The notes under the pieces were generated by a model, which saw only the letters and a program-made list of their open reading frames with translations, had not been told where the DNA came from and searched no databases. Shown piece by piece: positions 9,117 through 17,127 of a stretch of 32,327 nucleotides of DNA. Each line of letters opens with the position of its first letter. Within the stretch, counting starts at the first letter, position 1. This stretch comes from Candidatus Subterrananammoxibius californiae. GTDB lineage: Bacteria; Planctomycetota; Brocadiia; Brocadiales; Subterrananammoxibiaceae. Where the stretch lies: positions 1 to 32,327 of the forward strand of contig JAURAC010000012.1 in NCBI GenBank assembly GCA_030586555.1. Direction: 5' to 3'. The position numbers and the translations under genes are program-made.

Positions 9117-10100
9117 TCAATGCCCTCCTCCGATGGCAGCAGCAAGCTGAGCCAGGTTATAGTCAAAAAGTGAGATGTAATCCTCTGTTTCTTCGTTCCC
9201 TCCTACTGTGCCAGGTAGCACAAGAACCTTTGCGCCAGTCTTCTCCGCGATGAATTCCGGGGTCTTCTTCTCCTTATTTGGTTCTATGATTATTGCTTTT
9301 ACCCCATCTTCATTCATGCGTGGAATTAGTGCATTGATGTGGGTCGGAGAAGGGGGTATGCCGGGCTTCGGCTCAAGCGTATCAACGAGTTCCAGACCGA
9401 AGCGTTCCAGAAAATAATCGTAAGACTTGTGATAAGTCACGACTTTAGTCCCTTTGAATAATGCAGTCAGTTTTCTCCATTCTACCATTTTTTCATCAAT
9501 TTTTCTGCTAAACCCCTCCAGATTGGTTTGAAAATGCGGGCAGGAAGCGGCATCTAATTTACAAAGTGTATCGCAAATATGCTGAGCCACAACCTTCCCG
9601 TTTAACGGGTCGAGCAAATAGTGAGGATTACCCATGGGATGTATATCACCCATGGCTCTATCAAGGGTAGTTGGAACCTGAATCAATGTAATACCATCCG
9701 AACCTATAACACGACCAGCAGAGCCGATTTGTATCTTTTTATTCCGCGCACCTTCTATAAGGGGTGGCAGCCAGCCTGCTTCTAACATTGCACCTCCCTC
9801 TATTAGCACATCTGCCTTGTTTAGAATGGTTATAAAACTCGGTCTTGCATCCACAAAATGAGGGTCTTCTGTAGGTCTGGCAAGACTTTTAACATCCACC
9901 TTATCCCCCCCAATTTCCTTTGCGATTGCGCCAAGGTCCGGGGTCGTTGCTACAATATTAAGTTTTGCAAGGGCTGAATCTGAACAGAGCAATGAGCCAT
10001 GAGCAATGAGTAATGAGCAATAAACCATGAGCTGGATAAACAGACTTTTCCCTGAAATTATGCCTTTTTTGTCATTGCGAGCCAAGCGAAGCAATCTCAT
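9117..10100 (-). CDS. Metal ABC transporter substrate-binding protein (ZnuA/TroA family)
   Basis: EDPHF, GDIHPMGNPHY, YHKSY, EPKPGIPPSPTH. ATG 10100 is preceded by AAGGAGG. Confidence 0.9.
   Translation of the reverse strand: MRLLRLARNDKKGIISGKSLFIQLMVYCSLLIAHGSLLCSDSALAKLNIVATTPDLGAIAKEIGGDKVDVKSLARPTEDPHFVDARPSFITILNKADVLIEGGAMLEAGWLPPLIEGARNKKIQIGSAGRVIGSDGITLIQVPTTLDRAMGDIHPMGNPHYLLDPLNGKVVAQHICDTLCKLDAASCPHFQTNLEGFSRKIDEKMVEWRKLTALFKGTKVVTYHKSYDYFLERFGLELVDTLEPKPGIPPSPTHINALIPRMNEDGVKAIIIEPNKEKKTPEFIAEKTGAKVLVLPGTVGGNEETEDYISLFDYNLAQLAAAIGGGH
9987..10032. repeat. Heptamer tandem array (GAGCAAT)n encoding part of the ZnuA signal peptide
   Basis: gagcaat gagccat gagcaat gagtaat gagcaat aaaccat gagc; reads LMVYCSLLIAHGSLL. 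Confidence 0.85.
10071..10098. repeat. GTCATTGCGAG...GCAATCTC palindromic element (half), in-frame at the ZnuA N-terminus
   Basis: GTCATTGCGAGCCAAGCGAAGCAATCTC; related copies at 19493 and 28622. Confidence 0.75.
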
Positions 10101-10117
10101 ATAGATTTTCCTCCTTA

Positions 10118-11578
10118 TCAAAATTTATGCGCTGGGTGAGCGCCAATTGAAAACTCAAGCTGCAAGAAGACGGAATCTTCACTACCATGGCTCTGAATTT
10201 CATCACGATTATATTGAAGCCGTAACTTTGTGAACTCACTCGGATAGAAGGTAAGCACAGGTGAAAGGCGTGTACGGTCTGGGCGTAAACCATCCCCAAA
10301 ATTGCCAGTTTCACCTGTTACAAATTCGCCCCTTAGCCCCGCTGTCCAGCGTTTTTTGAAACCCCATATTACTTGAGAATATGCCCCCCGGTCAGCGAGA
10401 TTTTCACGGGGTAAACCTGCAAGACTATCCCTCCCCGCCTCAAAACGGCGATACATGCCCTCGGTTTGCCAGGTAACAAAGGGCCAGCCTCCAGACTGAG
10501 TTGGCGGTTTCCATTTCCAGAAAAGGTCGAGCCCGTAAATCTGTGTATTTGTATCCATTCCGGTAGCATTAGGTCCGAAAGCGGCAGATGCGCCTAATAA
10601 CACCGTATGAGAATCCATCAGGTCAAATGAAGATGTCCATCTGGGTACAAATAACATGTCACCGAGACTTCTAACGCCTCGGTCAGCAGGCGTACGGCCA
10701 TAAAGTGCGTCCTCTTCTTCATTACGAAAACTAAATGCCGTCTCTCCCTGACTGTCTAACACCGCAAGGAAGACCTCGGAATAAAAAGGAGTTGGCATTA
10801 ACCACGATATTCTTCCCCCAGGACTGCGAAGTCCATCAGGACCAAACATTCGGTTATTTACCAGCGGTTGGTCAACAAAATCCCATTGGTGCGGGTGTTG
10901 TGGATTGAGCCTGCCAAACTCCGTGAAATATTGTCCTGCCTTGAGCTGAAGATTCAATGGAAACGAAAGAGAGGTCATGTAGACCTCCTCAAGCTCAATC
11001 TCCGTTTCATTATCCTCATCAAGTTTATAAACGATGTCTGCGGCGCCCTTAAAGTAAGGGTCGGCGGCGCCCTCAAGGAATATTTCTTCGTTTGGCAGGG
11101 TTAAACCTCTCTGTTTTGGGTCATGGTCTCCACGTTCTAATTCTTCAACATTGGGTGATGTGGATGTGCCAAAATCAAATAAGGCGTCAAAGGAGATATT
11201 CATGTAACTCTTGCCAGCGCCGAAAATCTGTAATGGATGCGATGGAGACCATGGCTGCTTTTCGGGAATCGGTGGTTGTTGAAAGGATGACGGCAGTTTT
11301 ATTTCTCCCCCTCGGACAGGTGCTACAACCTCCTTTGATATTTTCTCAAGCCTTTCTTTTTCCTCATCAAGTTTTGAAATCTTATCTTGCATCTGCTTGA
11401 ATCTGACGTCGTAATCCTTTTTCATCTCTTCAAATGACGTCCTCATTTCCTCAAGCTGACTTCTTAATGTTGTAAGTTCGTCATCTTTACCCTGAACTTG
11501 TTTCGGGGTTTGAGCATGCGCAGAACCCATGATAAAAATTACCACGAGGTATAGTGGTAAAATAGTGATTTTACTCAT
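10118..11578 (-). CDS. Outer-membrane beta-barrel/porin associated with Zn-type ABC uptake
   Basis: Signal peptide, coiled coil, then barrel strands with His motifs (DHDP, HPHQWDFVDQP) and the C-terminus GAHPAHKF typical of proteins preceding znuA-like genes; AGGAGG SD. Confidence 0.8.
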   Translation of the reverse strand: MSKITILPLYLVVIFIMGSAHAQTPKQVQGKDDELTTLRSQLEEMRTSFEEMKKDYDVRFKQMQDKISKLDEEKERLEKISKEVVAPVRGGEIKLPSSFQQPPIPEKQPWSPSHPLQIFGAGKSYMNISFDALFDFGTSTSPNVEELERGDHDPKQRGLTLPNEEIFLEGAADPYFKGAADIVYKLDEDNETEIELEEVYMTSLSFPLNLQLKAGQYFTEFGRLNPQHPHQWDFVDQPLVNNRMFGPDGLRSPGGRISWLMPTPFYSEVFLAVLDSQGETAFSFRNEEEDALYGRTPADRGVRSLGDMLFVPRWTSSFDLMDSHTVLLGASAAFGPNATGMDTNTQIYGLDLFWKWKPPTQSGGWPFVTWQTEGMYRRFEAGRDSLAGLPRENLADRGAYSQVIWGFKKRWTAGLRGEFVTGETGNFGDGLRPDRTRLSPVLTFYPSEFTKLRLQYNRDEIQSHGSEDSVFLQLEFSIGAHPAHKF

Positions 11579-11644
11579 GTTGAGCCTCCTGAATGGTTAA
11601 GTGAATGGGAACAGGGAATATTACTAATCCCTATTGGCTATTGG

Positions 11645-12028
11645 TTAAAGGTATGCAGGAGGCGCTCGTGTGAGGAAATTGTTAGCGTGAAGGATGTTAG
11701 AAAGTGTATTATTGTAATGAAAATTATCAGAAATAATAGGCAATAATCGCCAATTAACTATTATTGTATGAACCTTTGCAGTTGGGTTCTTAAGCCATTG
11801 GCATAGTAGGCAAGTATCAGCATTATGAGTCGTGAGTTGTGAGTCGTGAGTCGTGAGTCCAGTTTCTTCGGGCCCTGACTCTTTTGATTCAAGACTCAGG
11901 ACTCCAGACTCAAGACTCCTATGAAGCCCTCCAGCAGTTAAGCATAGGAGTATATAAGTAACCAGAATGAGGTTACTTACTGCCTTAAGGCTTATTACTT
12001 TTTTTCCACAAGGGCGAAAAATTGTCAT
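11645..12028 (-). CDS. DUF2946-like leader protein (TM helix, HxxxxCxxC, C-terminal RAPP)
   Basis: LILVTYILLCLTAGGLH ... HNADTCLLCQW ... 44 aa ... TRAPPAYL*; first gene of the metal-uptake operon. Confidence 0.75.
   Translation of the reverse strand: MTIFRPCGKKVISLKAVSNLILVTYILLCLTAGGLHRSLESGVLSLESKESGPEETGLTTHDSQLTTHNADTCLLCQWLKNPTAKVHTIIVNWRLLPIISDNFHYNNTLSNILHANNFLTRAPPAYL
11826..11920. repeat. GAGTC/GACTC heptamer fold-back array, in-frame in the DUF2946-like gene
   Basis: tgagtcg tgagttg tgagtcg tgagtcg tgagtcc ... agactca ggactcc agactca agactcc. Confidence 0.85.
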
Positions 12029-12080
12029 TTTCTGTCAGAATTCAAAGGTTTAATACAGAAAGAAACATTCTCTTGTGTGC

Positions 12081-12108
12081 ATTATACATTCAGGAGTGTG
12101 TATGTCAA
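12081..12108 (-). promoter_or_regulatory. Putative sigma70 promoter of the metal-uptake operon
   Basis: Minus strand TTGACA-16 bp-TATAAT. Confidence 0.6.
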
Positions 12109-12134
12109 GAACAATTCACTCATTTGGTTTTACC

Positions 12135-12164
12135 TTGACATAATCAATTAGTCTCTCTTATAAT
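12135..12164 (+). promoter_or_regulatory. Putative sigma70 promoter of the ubiX-sppA-purF-gltX-cysS operon
   Basis: TTGACA-18 bp-TATAAT, divergent from the previous promoter. Confidence 0.6.
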
Positions 12165-12306
12165 GGAGGAAAGTTGACATCATCCAGCTATCACTATTAC
12201 CTTATAAAAATGTCAATAGAAATATCTTAACTAAAAATGTAAAATTAAAACGTTTGAAATTTTACTTTTTAATTTTCTATTTAGATATTTTTAAGCTTTT
12301 TCCAAA

Positions 12307-12936
12307 ATGGAAAACATAATAGTAGCTATTACTGGGGCAAGCGGCGTTGTCTATGCACAAAGGCTTTTAAAGGTTCTGAACGAACAGCCATTTAACGTTC
12401 ATTTAATTGTTTCTGAGGCTGCCACAAAAGTAATTGAACAGGAGCTTGGTTTAAGGCTAAGTGAAGATAGTTTTGATGTTGGACGTTTTCTTCACGTGGA
12501 ACGTAATCAGGGCATTGAAACAAGCCGTATAAGTTATCACCGCATTTCTGATATAGGGTCACCCATTGCCAGTGGAGAATTTCCTGTAAAGGCAATGGTT
12601 ATTGTACCTTGTAGTATGAATACTCTTTCTACAATTGCAAATGGGATTGCCTCGAACCTTATCGAGCGTGCTGCAAGTGTTACAATGAAAGAGGGACGTA
12701 AGCTGGTGCTCGTGCCACGGGAGTCGCCATTAACGGCTATTCATATTGAAAATATGTTGAAGCTTGCAAGGACTGGAGCTTGCATACTTCCTGCCATGCC
12801 TGGATTTTATCACAATCCTAAAACAATAGATGATATAATTAACTTTGTAGTTGCAAAGATTCTCGGATTTCTACAGATTCATGTTTCAACAGTGGGTATG
12901 GAGTCGGAGGTCTGGGCGCAAGACACAGTTTTTTGA
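12307..12936 (+). CDS. ubiX: Flavin prenyltransferase UbiX
   Basis: ITGASG, IASG, PCSMNTL, RAA.VTMKE.RKLVLVPRESP, PAMPGFYH. Confidence 0.93.
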   Translation: MENIIVAITGASGVVYAQRLLKVLNEQPFNVHLIVSEAATKVIEQELGLRLSEDSFDVGRFLHVERNQGIETSRISYHRISDIGSPIASGEFPVKAMVIVPCSMNTLSTIANGIASNLIERAASVTMKEGRKLVLVPRESPLTAIHIENMLKLARTGACILPAMPGFYHNPKTIDDIINFVVAKILGFLQIHVSTVGMESEVWAQDTVF

Positions 12937-12960
12937 CACGTCATGACGACATGTCGTGAA
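12936..12960. repeat. Short palindromic element ACACGTCATGACGACATGTCGTGAA
   Basis: Its reverse complement occurs at 19598-19646, interrupted by a 24-nt hairpin insert. Confidence 0.65.
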
Positions 12961-12967
12961 AGGAATT

Positions 12968-14056
12968 ATGGAAGGAGAATCACCTATTACCAGTAATAAT
13001 GCCGAAACGCATCAACCCCCTGTAAAGAAGCGGAGAGGCCTTGCCTTTTGGGTTGCCACAATACTGGCGTGCTTTTTCTTTGTATGTACAGTGGTGTTAT
13101 TATTTTCCGTGACGGCGTTACTTACATTCAGCAGGGCTTTTTCACCTGCTGAGGTAGGCAAGGAGAAGAAGTTCATAGAGACTGTAATAGAAGGTGTCGG
13201 TGAGAAGAAGATACTTATAATTCCTATTGCTGGTATAATAAGTAATGGGGATGACGACGGACTTTTCTACGGTACGCACGATATTGTCGAAACGGTAAAG
13301 CGTGAACTCGAACAGGCAGGTAAAGACGATAAGCTCGTTGCCGTAATCCTCGAAATTGATAGTCCCGGAGGTGGTATAACTGCCAGCGATATGGTTTATA
13401 ATTACATCCTGAAATTCAAAGAAAAGACAAAGAAGAAGGTAGTTGTATATATGAAGGATGTTGCTGCGTCGGGCGCTTATTACATCTCCATGGCGGCGGA
13501 TAGGATTGTAGCCCACCAAACAACAATTACGGGTAGCATCGGGGTCATTATGCCGCTTATAAATATAGCAGACCTTATAGAAAAATATGGGGTCAAGGAC
13601 AAATCAATAACCTCTGGCTCAATGAAAGATATCGGCTCACCTACAAGACCCATGTCTCAGGAAGAAGAGGTTGTTTTGAAGACTATTATAGATGAGATGT
13701 ACATGAGGTTTGTTACAATTATATCTGAAAACAGGGGGATGCCTGTAGAAGAAATTAAAAAGCTTGCTGACGGCAGGGTCTATACGGGAAAACAGGCACT
13801 TGATAATGGCCTCGTTGACCAACTGGGATATATGGATGACGCCGTTAGCCTAACAAAGGAACTTGCAGGAATCACAGAGGCTCAGATAATCAAGTATCAG
13901 AGACCGTGGCGTCTTAGCGATTTACTCAGAGCGGCTGCAAGCTCAGCGCTTTATACCCGTAGAATTGAGATAAATGTCCCCTATGGACCGTCAAAAGATT
14001 TCCCTAAATTAATGTATTTATGGACGGGTTATGAATACCTTCTTGAAAAAAGGTAA
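12968..14056 (+). CDS. sppA: Signal peptide peptidase SppA (36K type)
   Basis: TM anchor, IDSPGG, AASGAYYI, TGSIGV, MKDIGSP, ADGRVYTG.QA. ATG 12968 follows AAGGA. Confidence 0.92.
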   Translation: MEGESPITSNNAETHQPPVKKRRGLAFWVATILACFFFVCTVVLLFSVTALLTFSRAFSPAEVGKEKKFIETVIEGVGEKKILIIPIAGIISNGDDDGLFYGTHDIVETVKRELEQAGKDDKLVAVILEIDSPGGGITASDMVYNYILKFKEKTKKKVVVYMKDVAASGAYYISMAADRIVAHQTTITGSIGVIMPLINIADLIEKYGVKDKSITSGSMKDIGSPTRPMSQEEEVVLKTIIDEMYMRFVTIISENRGMPVEEIKKLADGRVYTGKQALDNGLVDQLGYMDDAVSLTKELAGITEAQIIKYQRPWRLSDLLRAAASSALYTRRIEINVPYGPSKDFPKLMYLWTGYEYLLEKR

Positions 14057-14060
14057 GTAT

Positions 14061-15575
14061 ATGAATATAGAATCGGATAAGCCAAAGGAAGAATGTGGCA
14101 TATTTGGCATCAGTAGCCGTGAGATTGACGTCGGCAAACAGATATATTTCGGTCTTTTTGCCCTGCAGCACAGAGGGCAGGAAAGCGCTGGAATTGCAGT
14201 TTCTGGACAGACTGGTATAGCGTGTTATAAGGACGTAGGGCTTGTTAACCAGGTATTCGTTTCTGAGGCACAGTTGAGCCACCTTAAAGGCAATATTGGT
14301 ATTGGACACGTTAGGTATTCTACAACTGGTTCTTCTAAATCCAACAATGCGCAACCATTTGTTGCCTGCAAGTACAAGGGTGAGCAGTTGGAGATGGATT
14401 ATTCTGAGACTGCAAAAAGTCCGTATTACAATCCCACCGCAGTATTGGCGCTTGCGCACAATGGAAACCTTGTCAATGCAGTTGAACTGCGGGATAAACT
14501 AATTGCCAGAGGGTATAAATTTCAATCATCAACGGACAGCGAGGTAATCGTCCATCTGATTGCCGAACACATGAGACATTTAAAGAAGGGTGATAAAAAA
14601 GGCGCTGCAATTGAAAAGGCTATCCTTGCATGCATGGACGAAATGAAGGGAGCCTATGCTTTGGTCATTATGACGCCTAATAAGTTAATCGGGGTAAGAG
14701 ACCCCTATGGTATTCGCCCGCTTTCATTGGGTAAGATAGACGGAGGGTATGTGCTTGCCTCAGAAACGTGCGCACTTGATATTGTTGGCGCCGAGTTTAT
14801 AAGAGATATAAAACCTGGAGAATGCTGCGTTATCCAACCCTCACACGAGCCTGTTTCTTTTGAAAAGAAAACAGAGGCGTGTCCAGCCCTTTGCATCTTT
14901 GAGTTAATATATTTTGCAAGGCCCGATAGCGAATTAGGTGGCTTACTGGTTGACGAAGTACGAGAGCAAATGGGCAGGGAGCTTGCAAAGGAGCATCCGC
15001 TCGATGTGGACATCGTTATCCCTGTACCGGATTCTGGCATACCTGCCGCCATGGGTTATGCAACGGAACTCGGCGTCAAATACAGCCGGGGCCTTATTAA
15101 AAACAGATATGTGCTGAGGACATTTATTCTGCCAGACCAGCATTTGAGAGAGGTAGGTATAAGATTGAAACTTAACCCTCAAAGGCGTCGCCTCGAGGGG
15201 AAACGCGTTGCCATTGTAGATGATTCGATAGTAAGGGGAACAACAAGCTCAAAGATTGTTAAGATGCTCAAGGATGCTGGTGCAAAAGAGGTTCATGTAC
15301 TCGTATGCTGTCCACCAATACGATACCCATGTTATTACGGTATTGACACAACGGGCAGGGGTGATTTAATTGCAGCAAATAAAGATGAGGCAGAAATCTG
15401 CCGTTACATAGGCGCTGATAGCCTTCATTTCCTTTCTTTGGAGGGTTTGCTAAGGGCATCCCGGAGTAATGATTTGCAAGGCTACTGCACAGCCTGTTTT
15501 GATGGCAATTACCCCGTCCCCTTATCAGAGGGCTTAAAGGTCGGTAAATTAGACCTCGAGGAGGTTCTAAAATAA
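14061..15575 (+). CDS. purF: Amidophosphoribosyltransferase (B. subtilis type: propeptide + Fe-S cysteines)
   Basis: 11-aa propeptide then EECGIFG, LQHRGQE, GHVRYST, HNGN, VDDSIVRGTTS, C-terminal YCTACF. Confidence 0.96.
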   Translation: MNIESDKPKEECGIFGISSREIDVGKQIYFGLFALQHRGQESAGIAVSGQTGIACYKDVGLVNQVFVSEAQLSHLKGNIGIGHVRYSTTGSSKSNNAQPFVACKYKGEQLEMDYSETAKSPYYNPTAVLALAHNGNLVNAVELRDKLIARGYKFQSSTDSEVIVHLIAEHMRHLKKGDKKGAAIEKAILACMDEMKGAYALVIMTPNKLIGVRDPYGIRPLSLGKIDGGYVLASETCALDIVGAEFIRDIKPGECCVIQPSHEPVSFEKKTEACPALCIFELIYFARPDSELGGLLVDEVREQMGRELAKEHPLDVDIVIPVPDSGIPAAMGYATELGVKYSRGLIKNRYVLRTFILPDQHLREVGIRLKLNPQRRRLEGKRVAIVDDSIVRGTTSSKIVKMLKDAGAKEVHVLVCCPPIRYPCYYGIDTTGRGDLIAANKDEAEICRYIGADSLHFLSLEGLLRASRSNDLQGYCTACFDGNYPVPLSEGLKVGKLDLEEVLK

Positions 15576-15579
15576 CCGT

Positions 15580-17037
15580 ATGGTTCGTGTTAGATTTGCC
15601 CCCTCGCCAACCGGACTTTTACATATCGGCAATGCACGAACTGCGCTTTTCAACTGGCTTTATGCAAAACGCTACAAGGGTAGTTTCATTTTAAGAGTCG
15701 AAGATACGGATGTTGCACGCTCCGAGAAACGTTACACAGAGCAAATTATCGAAGACTTGAGATGGTTGGGATTGGACTGGCAGGAGGGACCTGGTGTAGG
15801 TGGCGATTATGGTCCTTATATCCAGTCAGAGAGACTTCACCTTTATAGAGAATTTTCCCATAAGCTTTTGAACGATGCGAAGGCATATCATTGTTACTGT
15901 ACACCCCAGGAACTTGAAGAACGCCGCCAGACGGCAAGGTCTGCTGGCAAGCCGCCACGATATGATAATCGGTGCCGTAATCTTTCAGATGAACAAAGAA
16001 ATGCATTTGAGGGGGCAGGTAGACCGTCTTCCATTAGATTCGTCGTGTCTGAAGAAGTGGTAGCCTTTGAAGACTTAGTGCGTGGGAGATGCGCCTTCGA
16101 TATGGGGCTGGTTGGCGACTTCGTTATTATGAAATCAGATGATACCCCCTCGTTTCACTTTGCTGTAGCTGTAGACGATGCCCTGATGAAGATAACTCAT
16201 GTTATACGAGGCGAGGACCACCTGTCAAACACACCATGCCATATACTACTTTTCAGAGCGCTCGGTTACGACCCGCCTTTATTTGCCCATATCTCCCTTA
16301 CGATGGGTCCAGACCGCACGTTACTCAGCAAGAGACATGGGGCGGCTTCCGTCTCCGAATATAGAAGGCTCGGGTACCTTCCAGAGGCATTGGTAAATTA
16401 TATGGCGCTTCTCGGATGGTGTCCGGGGGATAAGCGTGAGAAATTTAATATTGAGGATGCTGTTAAAAAATTTGACGTTAAAGATATTAGCAAATCAGCG
16501 TCTATCTTTGACCAGCAAAAGCTTGATTGGCTGGGGAGTCAATATCTTCGTGAGGCAAATCTGGATAGATTAACTGATTTATCAATTCCACACTTTAAGC
16601 AGTCAGGACTCATTCAGGATGGTTTTGACCGTGCTAAAATTAAATCAATTGTAGAAGCTGTTAGACCGGGGCTTTCTCGCCTCTTGCAGATACCTGATGA
16701 AGCAAGATTCTTCTTTGAAGAACCGACTCTTGACAAGAAGGTTACGGAGCTATTATCATCTAATACTGCCGAACGTATTTTAACGGCAATGCTTAAGAAA
16801 CTTCAGCAAATAAGTGGGCTTGATAAATCAAGCCCCTACGGCGATAAATTCAGGGAAATTGTAAAAGATATTGGGGTGGAAACATCACTTAAAGGGAAGG
16901 CGCTTCTCATGCCCATCAGGTTAGCGTTAACCGGGAAAGAAAGGGGTCCAGAACTCTTTGCAATAGCCCCGATTCTTGGACTTGAGGAATGCAAAAAAAG
17001 GATTGAAAACGCACTTTTAATATTGACCAAAAAGTAG
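15580..17037 (+). CDS. gltX: Glutamyl-tRNA synthetase
   Basis: RFAPSPTG.LHIGN, RVEDTD, CYCT, IRGEDH, LSKRHGA. Confidence 0.96.
   Translation: MVRVRFAPSPTGLLHIGNARTALFNWLYAKRYKGSFILRVEDTDVARSEKRYTEQIIEDLRWLGLDWQEGPGVGGDYGPYIQSERLHLYREFSHKLLNDAKAYHCYCTPQELEERRQTARSAGKPPRYDNRCRNLSDEQRNAFEGAGRPSSIRFVVSEEVVAFEDLVRGRCAFDMGLVGDFVIMKSDDTPSFHFAVAVDDALMKITHVIRGEDHLSNTPCHILLFRALGYDPPLFAHISLTMGPDRTLLSKRHGAASVSEYRRLGYLPEALVNYMALLGWCPGDKREKFNIEDAVKKFDVKDISKSASIFDQQKLDWLGSQYLREANLDRLTDLSIPHFKQSGLIQDGFDRAKIKSIVEAVRPGLSRLLQIPDEARFFFEEPTLDKKVTELLSSNTAERILTAMLKKLQQISGLDKSSPYGDKFREIVKDIGVETSLKGKALLMPIRLALTGKERGPELFAIAPILGLEECKKRIENALLILTKK
16816..16839 (-). repeat. GTAG-type REP, in-frame in gltX
   Basis: Minus strand GTAGGGGCTTGATTTATCAAGCCC; exactly 24 nt, read as GLDKSSPY. 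Confidence 0.75.
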
Positions 17038-17118
17038 AAAGTAGACAGTAGAGGGTAGACAGGGGAAAAATAATTTATTCTTTTTCCCTGTATGCTGTCT
17101 ACTGACTACTGTCTACTG
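17033..17118. repeat. Heptamer fold-back array (AGTAGAC/GTCTACT) between gltX and cysS
   Basis: agtagaa agtagac agtagag ggtagac agggga ... ctgtatg ctgtcta ctgacta ctgtcta ctg; includes the gltX stop codon. Confidence 0.85.
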
Positions 17119-17127
17119 TTTTAAGAA

